A DNA stretch of 64,000 nt from Alphaproteobacteria bacterium (GCA_024407875.1 JAKSVT010000005.1:1474-65473); one strand, 5' to 3'. Numbered from the stretch's first letter, positions 9,511 to 20,873 are shown. Numbers and translations: made by a program. The notes: generated by a model not told the origin, from the sequence alone.

Positions 9511-10614
9511 TTATACATTGAACAAGAAATGGCAAATATCGCCGTCTTGCATAATATATGTTTTTCCTTCAGAACGTAATTTTCCTAATTCACGAGCTTT
9601 TGCTTCAGATTTGCATTCAACAAAGTCTTCATAAGAAATTATTTCTGCACGAATAAAGCCTTTTTCAAAATCAGAGTGAATTACACCAGCAGCTTGAGGA
9701 GCTGTAAATCCATCTTTAATTGTCCAAGCTTTTGATTCTTTAGGGCCTGTTGTAAAATATGTCTTCAATTTTAACAACTTATATCCAGCCTTAATTACAC
9801 GATTAAGACCTGTTTCTTCTAAGCCTAATGTTTCTAAAAATTCTTTTTGTTCTTCAGCATTTTCTAATAATGCAACTTCAGCTTCAATAGCCGCAGAAAT
9901 TACTACAGCTTCATTTCCTTGTTTTGCAGCCATTTCAAATACACGCTTAGAAAATTCATTACCTGTTGCAGCAGATGCTTCATCAACATTGCATACATAC
10001 AAAACAGGTTTTGATGTCAATAAGAACAATGAATTATAAATTTTTAATTTTTCTTCATCATCAAATTTAACTGTTCTTGCAGGTTTTCCATTACGCAAAG
10101 CATCTAAAACAGGTTGCATAACAGCTACCATATCTTTGCCTTCTTTTTCTCCAGAACGAGCTTTCTTTTCAAATGGAACTATACGGCGTTCAAGAGAATC
10201 TAAATCAGCAAGCATTAATTCAGTTTCAATTGTTTCTGCATCACGTACAGGATCAATAGAACCTTCAACGTGTGTAATATCACTATCTTCAAAACAACGT
10301 AAAACGTGTACAATTGCATCAACTTCTCTAATAGAAGCTAAAAATTGGTTTCCTAAACCTTCACCTCTACTTGCACCCTTAACCAATCCTGCAATATCCA
10401 CAAATTCTAATTGAGTATAAATTGTTTGTTTTGAACTAGAAAGTTGAGATAAAACTTCTAATCTTGGATCAGGAACAGCTACACGACCAACGTTTGGTTC
10501 TATAGTACAGAAAGGATAGTTCGCTGCTTGTGCAGCTTGAGTAGCAGTTAATGCATTAAATAAAGTAGATTTACCAACGTTTGGCAACCCAACAATTCCA
10601 CAATTAAATCCCAT
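9511..10614 (-). CDS. ychF: ribosome-binding ATPase YchF
   Basis: MGFNCGIVGLPNVGKSTLFNALT P-loop, 367 aa, C-terminal TGS-like MQDGDICHFLFNV. Confidence 0.96.
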   Translation of the reverse strand: MGFNCGIVGLPNVGKSTLFNALTATQAAQAANYPFCTIEPNVGRVAVPDPRLEVLSQLSSSKQTIYTQLEFVDIAGLVKGASRGEGLGNQFLASIREVDAIVHVLRCFEDSDITHVEGSIDPVRDAETIETELMLADLDSLERRIVPFEKKARSGEKEGKDMVAVMQPVLDALRNGKPARTVKFDDEEKLKIYNSLFLLTSKPVLYVCNVDEASAATGNEFSKRVFEMAAKQGNEAVVISAAIEAEVALLENAEEQKEFLETLGLEETGLNRVIKAGYKLLKLKTYFTTGPKESKAWTIKDGFTAPQAAGVIHSDFEKGFIRAEIISYEDFVECKSEAKARELGKLRSEGKTYIMQDGDICHFLFNV

Positions 10615-10632
10615 TTTTAAAATCCTTTAAGT

Positions 10633-11205
10633 CTATTTATTTTTTAATGCTATTTGTGATGTAAATTCACCTGTTCCTTTTGATAATAATACAGGCAAAT
10701 TATCAGCAACTAATTCTAATAAGTTTTGTAAAATCTTTTTATCTGATGAACCAAAACCTGACAATACCCAATCAACAACTTGATCTTTATTGTTTGGTTT
10801 TCCTACACCTATTCTTACTCTTGTGTAATTAGGTGTACAATGAGCATCAATACTCCTTAATCCATTATGGCCACCAGCACCACCAGCAACTTTTGCTTTT
10901 AGTTTTCCTACAGGCAAATCCATGTCATCATGAATAACATATACATTATTAACAGGTATTTTATAAAAATCCATACAAGCTCTAACAGCTTGTCCTGAAT
11001 TATTCATATATGTTTGAGGCCTCATCAATAACACTTTATTACCATCAATTTCTCCGCTCATGACTTCAGCATTAAATGCTGATTTAGCGTTAGAAAAATT
11101 ATAACGACGGACAATTTCGTCCGTCGCCATAAATCCAGTGTTATGTCGAGTGTTTTTATATTCATTGCCTGGATTTCCCAAGCCAACAATTAAAAACATA
11201 GACAC
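10633..11205 (-). CDS. pth: peptidyl-tRNA hydrolase
   Basis: FLIVGLGNPGNEYKNTRHNTGF signature, 190 aa. Confidence 0.96.
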   Translation of the reverse strand: MSMFLIVGLGNPGNEYKNTRHNTGFMATDEIVRRYNFSNAKSAFNAEVMSGEIDGNKVLLMRPQTYMNNSGQAVRACMDFYKIPVNNVYVIHDDMDLPVGKLKAKVAGGAGGHNGLRSIDAHCTPNYTRVRIGVGKPNNKDQVVDWVLSGFGSSDKKILQNLLELVADNLPVLLSKGTGEFTSQIALKNK

Positions 11206-11222
11206 TATCCTTTATATTTTGA

Positions 11223-11864
11223 TTACTTCTTTGCAGCGTCAGCAGCAGGAGCAGCAGCAGCTGTAGCAGCAGCAACTGGAGCTTTTTCAGCTTCTTCATT
11301 TGAAGATACTGTAGCAATAGCAGCAATTGTAACATCTAATGCTTCAACAGGATGTACACCTTCTGGGAACTTAACATCACCCATCTTAACAACGTCGTTA
11401 ATCTTTAAGCCTGTTAAGTCAACGATTAATTTTTCTGGAATATCCTTTGGTTTACATGAAACTGTAATTGTTCTGTAAATAGCATTCAATGTACCGCCTA
11501 ACTTGATACCTGTGCAAGCAGCTTCGTTTTCGTAAAGAACTGGAACATCGATTGTTAATTCTGTATTTTGTGATACGCGTAAGAAATCTACGTGAATAGG
11601 TCTATCTGTTACAGGATGATATTGAATATCTTGACAAATTGCATGATATTTTGTTTTACCTACTTCGATTTCGAACAATCTTGTTTTGAAACCCTTTTGA
11701 CGCATTTGAGCATCTAAATCAAGGGCACTAATTGCGAACATTACAGGTTCTTTCTTTTCACCATAGATAACACCAGGGATTAAACCTGCACGACGTTCAG
11801 CACGAGCTGCCCCCTTACCTGCTGTTTTACGTTCATTTACTTTAATTGAGCTAATATTAGCCAT
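11223..11864 (-). CDS. rplY: 50S ribosomal protein L25/general stress protein Ctc
   Basis: 213 aa. Ctc-type two-domain L25 (RRAGLIPGVIYG..., HPV...HVDF) with an Ala-rich C-terminal tail. Conserved rplY-pth-ychF order. Confidence 0.93.
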   Translation of the reverse strand: MANISSIKVNERKTAGKGAARAERRAGLIPGVIYGEKKEPVMFAISALDLDAQMRQKGFKTRLFEIEVGKTKYHAICQDIQYHPVTDRPIHVDFLRVSQNTELTIDVPVLYENEAACTGIKLGGTLNAIYRTITVSCKPKDIPEKLIVDLTGLKINDVVKMGDVKFPEGVHPVEALDVTIAAIATVSSNEEAEKAPVAAATAAAAPAADAAKK

Positions 11865-11891
11865 TTTCTTAAATCCTTTATAAATATTAAA

Positions 11892-11921
11892 ATCATTCGG
11901 CCTCCAGGGGTGCCGAACGAT
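11892..11921. terminator. GC-rich hairpin between the EamA-family gene and rplY (probable terminator)
   Basis: aatcattcggc...gccgaacgatt arms (one mismatch). T-rich sequence on both sides (ctgtttttt on plus, ttttaatattt on minus). Confidence 0.45.
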
Positions 11922-11973
11922 TCTGTTTTTTATAGTTTTTTGCCAAAAAAATCAAGTTTTATTTATAAAATGA

Positions 11974-12912
11974 TTACTTTTCTTTTATTGCTTTCTTTGT
12001 TTTGCGTAAGTTACATAATTTTTTATATCTTGCAGACCTACTTATTTGCTTTCCACTTACAATCATGGTAACAGATAAAACAACCAAAACTATTCCTATT
12101 ATCATTTTAGATGTTAGAATTCCGTCAAACAATAATACATTTATTACTACTGCAGTTACAGGTTCTAAAGCTCCTAAAATTGCAACAGGTGTTGGACCTA
12201 CAATATTAATTCCCGCTGATGTGGCCATCAATGATATTACAGTACAAACTATTGCACTACCTATACCACATAACAAAGTAAAAACATTAGGAGCTACTAT
12301 AAAATCTACTCCGCCTCTTAATCTAAACAAAAATACAATTACACCAATACTAACTGCATAAAAAGTAATTATATCCGAGCTCATCCCTTGAACTTTTGAC
12401 ACCTTTACGCCAACAAGATATAATGCATAACATATTGCTGATAAAAATACATAGAATATGCCAAGAGTACTTGATTCTCCACCATCAGATTTACATAATA
12501 AATTAATACCAACTGTTGCTAAAATTAAACTCATTATTGTAATTATTGACATTTTTTCATGAAAGAAAACTGTCATTAATAATGAAACCAAAACAGGATA
12601 CACAAACAAAATAGCTGATGCAATTCCAGCATCCATTTTCTGATATGCTAAGAATAAAAATAAAGAAGAACCTGCCATAAATAATCCCATAGCAATCAAT
12701 GGAATTATCTGGTCTTTTTTTACTCTAAATGATTTTTTGCTAAATTTTATTAATAGAGCTAATGCAATTATTGACAATCCGTATCTATAAACTAATACAC
12801 TGTCAACATCTAACCCGTTCTTATACATAGGTAATGCAAATAACGGATTAAGTCCATAAGATATTGAAGCAATTATGCCAAACAAATACCCTTTAAATTT
12901 ATTATTACTCAT
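11974..12912 (-). CDS. DMT/EamA-family transporter
   Basis: 312 aa, ten predicted hydrophobic helices arranged as two similar halves, typical EamA-like pattern. Confidence 0.8.
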   Translation of the reverse strand: MSNNKFKGYLFGIIASISYGLNPLFALPMYKNGLDVDSVLVYRYGLSIIALALLIKFSKKSFRVKKDQIIPLIAMGLFMAGSSLFLFLAYQKMDAGIASAILFVYPVLVSLLMTVFFHEKMSIITIMSLILATVGINLLCKSDGGESSTLGIFYVFLSAICYALYLVGVKVSKVQGMSSDIITFYAVSIGVIVFLFRLRGGVDFIVAPNVFTLLCGIGSAIVCTVISLMATSAGINIVGPTPVAILGALEPVTAVVINVLLFDGILTSKMIIGIVLVVLSVTMIVSGKQISRSARYKKLCNLRKTKKAIKEK

Positions 12913-12919
12913 CTCTTAT

Positions 12920-14545
12920 TTATTCACAAAAAGGCAATTCAACGAATTCTGAAACTAAAATGGTAGTCGTTAAAATTATAATCAAGAATACTAACCAAGG
13001 TAAGAAATTCTTTCTAATAATAAACCCTTCTTTACCATAAATTCCTGTTGTTGCACATACTGCAATAATATTGTTTATACAAATCATATTGCCTATAGCA
13101 CCACTTAAATTTTGCAAAGAAACAAATATTATTTGAGGCATTAATAACAATGTTCCTGTTTCAAATTGTAATGATGTAAACATTAAATTTGATACAGTAT
13201 TTGATCCAAACATAAAAGTTCCAATTGACCCTATTACAGGAGAAATCAATACATATTTTTGCCCAGCAATATCAGCCAGTCCTTTTGCCATAGAAAACAA
13301 CATAGATACATTGCCTGAATTATTATAGCTAGAATAGCGATATATATAAAGTAGAGCAAAACCGAAAACTAATGCTAAAATAGCTCCATAAACTTGTTTA
13401 AATGATAATACAAAAATTTCCTTTAAATCTTTTCTATTCAATTTGTATATATAAGAAGAAACAAGAACTACAAATACAAAAGGAAATAAGCCAGGATTGT
13501 TTAACCATTTAAACGTAAATACCGCCTCTTTTATTCCAAATATTCCTTTATATGTAATTGCCATATTAGCAACATAAGGCTTTAAACCAAAACTTGGAAT
13601 TCTTGTCATCACTAACCATAAAGCAATTAATATATATGGCATCCAAGCCTTTAATAATCCCATCTTTATTTCTTGATTTGATGTTTGAACGTTATTTTTA
13701 ATTTCATTTTCAACTTTTTCTTTTGGAACAAACATTCCTCTTTTTGCTGCAAAAATTGCTGCAAACATTGCTATACAAGATGCTCCAATACTTACAAGCT
13801 CAGATCCTACAAATTTAGCTATTGTAAATGAAACTATCGAATATATTGAACATGTGTATACACAAAATGGAATTACAGGTAGTGCATTTTTTAAAACAGG
13901 AAATTTCTTTAGTTTTAAAAATACACATACCACCATAAAGGTTACTGCAAAAGAACCCACATTCAATCCAAGTGCTGTTATTAAATTTAATTGTTCTTTC
14001 CACATTTCAATATTCATATTGTGAGATAAAAGAACATCTTTTACAGATTCAAATGCTACATTTGTTGGTGTTCCTGCGGCTCCAAAAGATACTGGAACAG
14101 AATTAAATAATAAGCATGCTATTGCAGCTATTAAAGGATCAAATCCTAAGGCAACTAACAAAGGTGCAGCTATTGCAGCTGGTGTACCAAAACCTGCAGC
14201 TCCTTCTAAAAATGAAGAAAAAGCAAAACCTATTATAATTAATTGTATTCTTGCATCAGATGTAATTCCATTAAACATATTTTCAATTGTATTCATTGCC
14301 TTTGCTTTTTTGAGCATTGTCATAAGCAATATAGCTCCAAATATAATCAATATTACATCTATTGAACTTATTACTCCCGTAAATGAAAAAGCAGCTATGT
14401 GAACTAAATCCATTTTCCAAAAATAATAAGCAAGAACACAACATAATCCCCACGCAATAGGGAATACTTTTTTAGCAGGCATATTAACAAATACTGTCAA
14501 TATAACTGTTAGTAGTATTGGCAAAGCAGCAATAAACGGTAACAT
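12920..14545 (-). CDS. lctP: L-lactate permease (LctP family)
   Basis: [33 protein letters not shown]...[13 protein letters not shown] aligns by eye with the E. coli LldP core. 541 aa. Confidence 0.85.
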   Translation of the reverse strand: MLPFIAALPILLTVILTVFVNMPAKKVFPIAWGLCCVLAYYFWKMDLVHIAAFSFTGVISSIDVILIIFGAILLMTMLKKAKAMNTIENMFNGITSDARIQLIIIGFAFSSFLEGAAGFGTPAAIAAPLLVALGFDPLIAAIACLLFNSVPVSFGAAGTPTNVAFESVKDVLLSHNMNIEMWKEQLNLITALGLNVGSFAVTFMVVCVFLKLKKFPVLKNALPVIPFCVYTCSIYSIVSFTIAKFVGSELVSIGASCIAMFAAIFAAKRGMFVPKEKVENEIKNNVQTSNQEIKMGLLKAWMPYILIALWLVMTRIPSFGLKPYVANMAITYKGIFGIKEAVFTFKWLNNPGLFPFVFVVLVSSYIYKLNRKDLKEIFVLSFKQVYGAILALVFGFALLYIYRYSSYNNSGNVSMLFSMAKGLADIAGQKYVLISPVIGSIGTFMFGSNTVSNLMFTSLQFETGTLLLMPQIIFVSLQNLSGAIGNMICINNIIAVCATTGIYGKEGFIIRKNFLPWLVFLIIILTTTILVSEFVELPFCE

Positions 14546-14570
14546 CTTTAAACCTATTTCAAATTATAAT

Positions 14571-14586
14571 TGTTTCACGTGAAACT
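14571..14586. promoter_or_regulatory. parS site (tgtttcacgtgaaact, 15/16 to the palindromic consensus)
   Basis: Matches TGTTTCACGTGAAACA. Directly abuts the mnmG stop codon, in the 41-nt mnmG-lctP gap. Confidence 0.8.
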
Positions 14587-16449
14587 TTAATTCTTTTTGA
14601 TATATCCTAAAATTGCAGTAACTGCAGCTGGTGTTACACCACTAATACGACTTGCAGCTCCTAATGTTTCAGGTGTTGCTTTAGTTAATTTCATAACTAT
14701 TTCGTTTGATAATCCACCAATTTTCTTATAATCAATATCTTTTGGAATTTTTAAAGCTTCGTCTTTTCTAAATGCTAAAATATCACTCATTTGATGTTGT
14801 AAATATCCAGCATATTTAGCTTCAATTTCTAATTGTTCAATTACATCTTCACGAACATTTTGAAGTTCAGTCCAATGTGAAGCTAATCTTTCCCATGTAA
14901 TATCATCATAAGCTAATAAATCCATTCCGTTTCTATGAGATCCGTCTTTATTAACCATAAATCCTAATTTTTCTAATTCTCTTGGTGTTCCACCAATATT
15001 TTCAAGCATAGCTTTAGCATCTTCTATTGCTTTTTTCTTTTCTAAAAATGCTTGTTTACGTTTCTCACCAACAACTCCAACTTCAATTCCTTTTGGAGTT
15101 AGACGCATATCAGCATTATCCTGACGTAAAATTAAACGATATTCTGCTCTAGATGTAAACATACGATAAGGTTCATCAACACCTTTTGTTGTTAAATCGT
15201 CTAACATAACTCCTAAATATGCATCTGCACGATCTAAAATAAATTCTTTATCAGGATCTTTTGCTTTTAATGCTGCATTTATACCCGCTAAGCATCCTAA
15301 AGCTGCAGCTTCTTCATAACCTGTTGTACCATTCAATTGTCCTGCAATAAACATGCCACTAACTTTTTTAGTTTCAAGTGTTCTACGCATTTCCATTGGA
15401 TCAACATAATCATATTCAATTGCATATCCTGGACGAATAATTCTTACATTTTCTAATCCTGCAATTGAATGAATCATTGCATCTTGTACATCTTCAGGTA
15501 AAGAAGTCGAAATTCCATTTGGATAAATAGTATCATCATCTAAACCTTCTGGTTCTAAGAATACATGATGAGATTCTCTATCTGCAAACTTTACTAATTT
15601 ATCTTCAATACTTGGACAATATCTAGGACCTATACCTTTAATTTGTCCTGAGAACAAAGGAGCTCTTGACATATTTGCACGAATAATTTCGTGTGTCTTT
15701 GTATTTGTTGAGGTAATATAACATGCAATTTGAGGAACTGTTATTTCTTCATCCATAAATGAAAATGGAACTTTTTTCTCATCTCCAAATTGTTCTTGAA
15801 CCTTTGAGTAATCAATTGTTTTACCATCTAATCTAGCAGGAGTACCTGTTTTTAATCTTCCAACTCTTAATCCCATAGCAACAAGTGATTCTGTCAAGTG
15901 TTCGCATGAAATTTCACCAACACGACCACCTACCGTTTTATTTGGACCAATATGCATTAAGCCTTTTAAAAAAGTTCCAGCTGTTAGAACTATTGATTTA
16001 CAAAGATATTTTTCACCATCAGCAGTTTCTACACCTGTTACTTTCTGTTCGCTTCCTTCTTTCACAAAATTAATTTTTTCAACAGCTCCTTCTTTAACTG
16101 TTAAATTTTCATAATGTAAAAGTTCATTTTGCATAGCTTCACGATAAAGTTTTCTATCAGCTTGCGTACGTATTCCTTGAACAGCTGGACCTTTTGAAGA
16201 GTTTAACATTCTAAATTGAATGCCTGCTTTATCTGCCATACGGCCAATAACACCATCTAAAGCATCAACTTCACGTACCAAATGTCCTTTTCCTAAACCT
16301 CCAATAGCTGGATTACAAGACATCTCACCCAAAGTTGATATTTTATGAGTTAATAATAAAGTATCTGCACCCATACGAGCAGATGCTGTACAAGCTTCAC
16401 AGCCAGCATGACCACCGCCAATAACGATGACGTCATAAACATGTTCCAT
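14587..16449 (-). CDS. mnmG: tRNA uridine 5-carboxymethylaminomethyl modification enzyme MnmG (GidA)
   Basis: [18 protein letters not shown] motif, 620 aa, full-length GidA pattern. Confidence 0.97.
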   Translation of the reverse strand: MEHVYDVIVIGGGHAGCEACTASARMGADTLLLTHKISTLGEMSCNPAIGGLGKGHLVREVDALDGVIGRMADKAGIQFRMLNSSKGPAVQGIRTQADRKLYREAMQNELLHYENLTVKEGAVEKINFVKEGSEQKVTGVETADGEKYLCKSIVLTAGTFLKGLMHIGPNKTVGGRVGEISCEHLTESLVAMGLRVGRLKTGTPARLDGKTIDYSKVQEQFGDEKKVPFSFMDEEITVPQIACYITSTNTKTHEIIRANMSRAPLFSGQIKGIGPRYCPSIEDKLVKFADRESHHVFLEPEGLDDDTIYPNGISTSLPEDVQDAMIHSIAGLENVRIIRPGYAIEYDYVDPMEMRRTLETKKVSGMFIAGQLNGTTGYEEAAALGCLAGINAALKAKDPDKEFILDRADAYLGVMLDDLTTKGVDEPYRMFTSRAEYRLILRQDNADMRLTPKGIEVGVVGEKRKQAFLEKKKAIEDAKAMLENIGGTPRELEKLGFMVNKDGSHRNGMDLLAYDDITWERLASHWTELQNVREDVIEQLEIEAKYAGYLQHQMSDILAFRKDEALKIPKDIDYKKIGGLSNEIVMKLTKATPETLGAASRISGVTPAAVTAILGYIKKN

Positions 16450-16514
16450 TTTTAGCGCCTTTAATAAAACTTATTTTACTTAAAAAATTTGGCTTTTATA
16501 TATACCTAATTTAT

Positions 16515-17873
16515 CTATTTTCCAATACAAAAATCACTGAAAATAATATCCAATAATTCATCTATTTGTACTTGGCCCGTAATCTTACCTAAAGCTCTCA
16601 TCGCCATACGTAAATCCTCAGCCATTAATTCTAATTCAGATAAATCTGTTTTTGTTAAAGAATGATTCAAAAATTCCAAACATTCATTTAAGTGATTGCG
16701 ATGACGAAGTCTGGTTAAAGAAGGTTCTTCACGTAAATTTAAGGTTCTTTCAACTTGATCACCAATTATATTTAACAACTCTTCTAGTCCTTCTTCAGTC
16801 TTTGCACTAACTGGAATTAAGCCTGAAGGCACTTTTTGAGCCTTATCTATCTTATTGATAATTCTAAGCATGTTTCGGTTTCGGAATAAGTTTGTTTCAT
16901 TTTCGAAATGATTTATGATATTTTTTTGATTATTTTCATCTAATTCTTCACCAAAATCTTCAGCAGAATAAACTGAAAGTATTAAATCAGCATCTTGAGC
17001 TCTCTTTTTTGCTCTTCTTACACCTTCTGCTTCAATTTCTTCATCAGTTTCTCTTATACCTGCCGTATCAGCAATTACTACTGGAAAACCTCTAATATCT
17101 AATCGTACTTCAATTATATCTCTTGTTGTTCCAGCAACAGAAGATACAATAGCAACGTCTTTCTGAGCGAGCTTATTCATTAAAGATGATTTTCCAACAT
17201 TCGGCTCGCCAATAATGCAGATTTGAAAACCATCTCTTAGGATTTCTCCCCTATGGTCGTCACTTAGATGCTCTGAGAGAGCTGATTGTAACTTTTTGAT
17301 CTTTCCTACAATCTTGCTCGCCACATCGTCCGGAATTTCCTCTTCAGGGAAGTCAATATAGGCCTCAATCCAAGCTAAAAGATGAACTAAATCAGCCCTC
17401 CAATCCTCGTAAATCCTAGCAAGAGCACCATCCATCTGTCTTAAAGCTTGCTTTCTTTGTTCCTCTGTTTCTGCATCAATTAAGTCTGCCATCCCTTCTG
17501 CAGAAGTTAAATCCATTTTTCCATTTTCAACAGCTCTTCTTGTAAACTCTCCTCGTTCTGCATAGCGGAAATCTTCTAACTTCTCTAATTCAGTTAAAGT
17601 CTTTTTAATTATAGCTCTGCCACCATGCATATGAAGTTCAACAACATCTTCACCAGTAAAACTATTAGGATTTGGAAAATAAATAACTATTGGTTGATCA
17701 ATAACTTCACCTGATACAGTTCTCAATTTAGTTAAAATCGCACTTCTAGGTTCTGGATTTTTTAAATTTGTCATCTTATCCATAACCAATTTTGCATTAG
17801 GTCCAGAAATTCTAATAATACCAACACCTGCTTTTCCAGGAGCTGTAGCAGGAGCAAAAATTGTATTTTTCAT
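16515..17873 (-). CDS. mnmE: tRNA modification GTPase MnmE (TrmE)
   Basis: GEPNVGKSSLMN G1 motif, DTAGIRET, C-terminal FCIGK. Confidence 0.97.
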   Translation of the reverse strand: MKNTIFAPATAPGKAGVGIIRISGPNAKLVMDKMTNLKNPEPRSAILTKLRTVSGEVIDQPIVIYFPNPNSFTGEDVVELHMHGGRAIIKKTLTELEKLEDFRYAERGEFTRRAVENGKMDLTSAEGMADLIDAETEEQRKQALRQMDGALARIYEDWRADLVHLLAWIEAYIDFPEEEIPDDVASKIVGKIKKLQSALSEHLSDDHRGEILRDGFQICIIGEPNVGKSSLMNKLAQKDVAIVSSVAGTTRDIIEVRLDIRGFPVVIADTAGIRETDEEIEAEGVRRAKKRAQDADLILSVYSAEDFGEELDENNQKNIINHFENETNLFRNRNMLRIINKIDKAQKVPSGLIPVSAKTEEGLEELLNIIGDQVERTLNLREEPSLTRLRHRNHLNECLEFLNHSLTKTDLSELELMAEDLRMAMRALGKITGQVQIDELLDIIFSDFCIGK

Positions 17874-17875
17874 TT

Positions 17876-18421
17876 TTAGTTTCCTCTATCTCTCTTTAGC
17901 AAAACATAATAAGCACCATCTCCACCATCTTTAGAAGCTGCTATTGAAAAAGATAATACAAAACTTCTAATTTCTGGATGATTTATCCAAGAAGGAAAAG
18001 CATTCTTTATAACGCCTCTTCCCATATATCCGCCTCGTCCTGTAATAACTAAGACACAACGATGATGAGATTTTCTTTGCCAAGCTATAAAATTCTTTAA
18101 TGCTTCAAAGCCTGTTTCTAATGTATGTCCATGTAAATCCAAAGTTCCTTCAATTTCCATTTTACCTTTTTTAAACTTCAATCCTGTCTTTGAATCTAGA
18201 TTATCAATTCCTCCTTCTACTAATGGAGGATAATTTTTAAAATCAGTTAAGACATCATGATTTAAGGATTTTAAAGGAACACTCAATCTTTTTTGAGCTG
18301 AAATTACAACTTTCTTTTTCTTTAAAGGCCCTTTTTCTCCTAAAGGACGAACTGTCGATATAACTGCTTTCCATAAATCATCAGAATTATCAGTTATATC
18401 TTGAACTTTATCATTGTTCAT
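17876..18421 (-). CDS. Smr/MutS2-C-terminal-domain protein
   Basis: LDLHGHTLETGFEALKNFI...VLVITGRG Smr-domain signature. 181 aa. Confidence 0.85.
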   Translation of the reverse strand: MNNDKVQDITDNSDDLWKAVISTVRPLGEKGPLKKKKVVISAQKRLSVPLKSLNHDVLTDFKNYPPLVEGGIDNLDSKTGLKFKKGKMEIEGTLDLHGHTLETGFEALKNFIAWQRKSHHRCVLVITGRGGYMGRGVIKNAFPSWINHPEIRSFVLSFSIAASKDGGDGAYYVLLKRDRGN

Positions 18422-18941
18422 TTTTTTCTTCTTCAGGCTCTTTTTCTTTTGAATTTACTTCTGGTTGAATCAATTCATCTACAGGAATTAAATCAGGAAA
18501 ATATGATTGTATAAATTCTTGCCATCTTTCTTTTCCTGCAACACAATTATATCTAGGATCAGCCGTTAAATATATTGTCCAACCACCATATCTCCAAGCA
18601 ATTAAAAACTTTTCAATCTTAGGAACAACAGCATGTATCAAACGATTTGTCATAAATGGCTCTAAAAACATAGGCATAAACAATGCATAACCTAACATAA
18701 ACAATGTCATAACTAATGTACCCATTGTTAAATTTACAATATACATTGTTGCTATAGCCAATATTAACAAAACAAATAAAGGCAAAAAGTTTTCCCAAGG
18801 ATTAAAAAAAGGAGAACCTACTTTATTTAATCTTTTAAAATCAATTTTTACAAAAGCTCTTTGTTCAACAATAGCACGTTGAAATCCTTGAAAAAGGAGT
18901 ATATCTTCTCTTGAAGGTGGCTTAATTGGTGGTTTTTTCAT
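18411..18941 (-). CDS. hypothetical membrane protein
   Basis: 176 aa, two central hydrophobic helices, acidic/lysine C-terminus. Overlaps the smr start and abuts the mltA stop, so it sits in the operon. Confidence 0.6.
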   Translation of the reverse strand: MKKPPIKPPSREDILLFQGFQRAIVEQRAFVKIDFKRLNKVGSPFFNPWENFLPLFVLLILAIATMYIVNLTMGTLVMTLFMLGYALFMPMFLEPFMTNRLIHAVVPKIEKFLIAWRYGGWTIYLTADPRYNCVAGKERWQEFIQSYFPDLIPVDELIQPEVNSKEKEPEEEKNEQ

Positions 18942-18942
18942 T

Positions 18943-19998
18943 TTAAAAGTCCTTTGGAATTAAAATATAATATTTTCCTCTAGAATGCATTCTCCCTGCA
19001 TAGTGAAGAGCTCCTTTTCCTGTTCCCCAAAAGAAATCTCCACGAACAGGACCTTTAATAGCAGCTCCCGTATCTTGTGCTGACATTAATCTTTGTAATG
19101 GTTGTCCATCAGGTCCTGTTGTATCTAACCACATAAAACTTCCCATAGGAATATAATTAGGATCAACAGCTAAACTACGCATTGGTGTTAAAGCAACACC
19201 CATAGATCCAATAGCTCCTGTTACTTCAGTTGCTTTAAAGAAAATATAACGTTCGTTTTTATTCATTAATTTTTCGCCTTCGTAAGGATTTTCTATCAAC
19301 CACTCACGAATATCTTGGGCTTTATGAATACCTAACTTCTTTAAATCTTGACCTATTGCATAAAAAGGTCTGTTATTACTTCCATCAAATGATAATGATA
19401 ATTCTGTATCGTCAGGCAATCTAATTAATCCAGAACCTTGAATTTGTAAAAAGAACAAATCTGCTTTATGTTCTATATAAACAAGAGCTTTTAAATGTGT
19501 TGATTTATTTATTTGTTCTCTTGTTAAATATTTAGATGTTCCTAAATCTTTTGGTCTTGCATAAACAGGAACATTAAATCTTGATGTTCTTGTTAAACTT
19601 CCATCAATCATAGGACGATAATAACCTGTAAAAGCCCCCATCCCCTTTTGAAGAACAGCTTTCATATTTTCTCTTATAAATTCTCTTAATTCATCAGATG
19701 ATTCAAAATCTATAGATAAAAAGTCTTCACAAAAAGGTATCCATTTAATGTCTTTTTTCATCATTACTCTGCATGATGAAACTAAAGCAGGCAAAGCCTC
19801 AATCATATTATCTTGATCAAAACCTGGCAAAAACTCACTAGATTGAGGTTTCTCAGAATAATCTTTGGAATATCCTTCACTATAATTTGAATTTGAGTAA
19901 AAATTAGACCTAGGAGCTCTATTTTTTGAACTTGGACGGTCTGAACCACATCCAATTAATGAGGCCATCAGCAAAAGAACAAATATTTTTCTTATCAT
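18943..19998 (-). CDS. mltA: membrane-bound lytic murein transglycosylase A
   Basis: Lipoprotein signal LLMASLIGC, MltA-specific and 3D-domain blocks (AVDPNYIPMGS..., AQDTGAAIKGPVRGDFFWG). Confidence 0.9.
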   Translation of the reverse strand: MIRKIFVLLLMASLIGCGSDRPSSKNRAPRSNFYSNSNYSEGYSKDYSEKPQSSEFLPGFDQDNMIEALPALVSSCRVMMKKDIKWIPFCEDFLSIDFESSDELREFIRENMKAVLQKGMGAFTGYYRPMIDGSLTRTSRFNVPVYARPKDLGTSKYLTREQINKSTHLKALVYIEHKADLFFLQIQGSGLIRLPDDTELSLSFDGSNNRPFYAIGQDLKKLGIHKAQDIREWLIENPYEGEKLMNKNERYIFFKATEVTGAIGSMGVALTPMRSLAVDPNYIPMGSFMWLDTTGPDGQPLQRLMSAQDTGAAIKGPVRGDFFWGTGKGALHYAGRMHSRGKYYILIPKDF

Positions 19999-20825
19999 TT
20001 TTCTTCAACTTTTTCTTGTTCTTCTGCGTTTTCTACTACTTCTTCAGCTGAATTTTCTTCTTCTTTTTCATCTTCATAAGGATGTGTTGCCACTAAAGTC
20101 CATGTAGGATTTGTATCTTTTGTGTCCTTTCTAAAAGTCCAAACATCTGTAACTGTTTCTATATAAGTAGGATCACCACAAATAATTTCGCCTTTTTCAT
20201 TTTTAACAATATTTGTTTGTTCAGTTAAAAATTTAACAGAAATATCAACTACTCTTCCTACATTTACAACTTTTAAAATTTCAACATTTTTAAAGCCAAT
20301 TAAACTAAATTCTGCTACTTCTTTATTTTCAATACGACTATCTATAATTTTGCAAAACTTTGTATAGATGTTTCTACCGAGCAATTTCTTTAAAGCTTCT
20401 TTATCATTTTTAGCAAATGACACTGCTATATACTCAAAAGCAACACCTACTTTAGATAAAAATTCCTTCATATCAAAATTTGGCAATTTGTTTTCAATAG
20501 CAGTGACTTGCTTTAAAACATTACCTTTTAAAATTACAGAACCATCTTGAGGTAATTCAATTTTATTTTCTTTCTTATTATCCTCAGAATTTCCTTCTTT
20601 TGCTTCCTCATTTAAAGAGCTTTCTTTCACAGTCTCTTTAGTTATATTAGAAACATTTTCATATAAATGAGATTTTCTTTCTTCTTTATTTTGTTTGCTA
20701 TTTTCGTCTTTATTTGAGCCCAAAATTGACTTTAAGCGGAACAATAATAGTATCGCTAATATCAACAAAAACAAGAAATCTGCAGAATGAAACATCTTAA
20801 AATCGTCCTTTACATAATTTTTCAA
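19995..20825 (-). CDS. Tim44-like domain protein
   Basis: N-terminal TM helix and a C-terminal Tim44-like fold region (...DVWTFRKD...NPTWTLV). Lies between mltA and secB, as is typical of alphaproteobacteria. ATGA overlap with mltA. Confidence 0.8.
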   Translation of the reverse strand: MKNYVKDDFKMFHSADFLFLLILAILLLFRLKSILGSNKDENSKQNKEERKSHLYENVSNITKETVKESSLNEEAKEGNSEDNKKENKIELPQDGSVILKGNVLKQVTAIENKLPNFDMKEFLSKVGVAFEYIAVSFAKNDKEALKKLLGRNIYTKFCKIIDSRIENKEVAEFSLIGFKNVEILKVVNVGRVVDISVKFLTEQTNIVKNEKGEIICGDPTYIETVTDVWTFRKDTKDTNPTWTLVATHPYEDEKEEENSAEEVVENAEEQEKVEEK

Positions 20826-20873
20826 TAATGATATACAACAAAATAAACTTTATTTCAAATGGAGATAATTATT

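Noticed and set aside
11892-11921. Ribosomal-protein L25 autoregulatory leader structure upstream of rplY
   Set aside because: The hairpin is equally well explained as the terminator of the upstream EamA-family gene. I cannot recall a leader motif that matches, so it is listed only as a probable terminator.
12002-12361. 119-aa plus-strand ORF, and similar short ORFs at 1532..1747, 1690..1956, 2977..3330, 10136..10414, 51466..51816, 52107..52449, 55885..56214 and 60279..60587
   Set aside because: All lie inside, and antisense or out of frame to, confidently identified genes, and carry no recognisable motifs.
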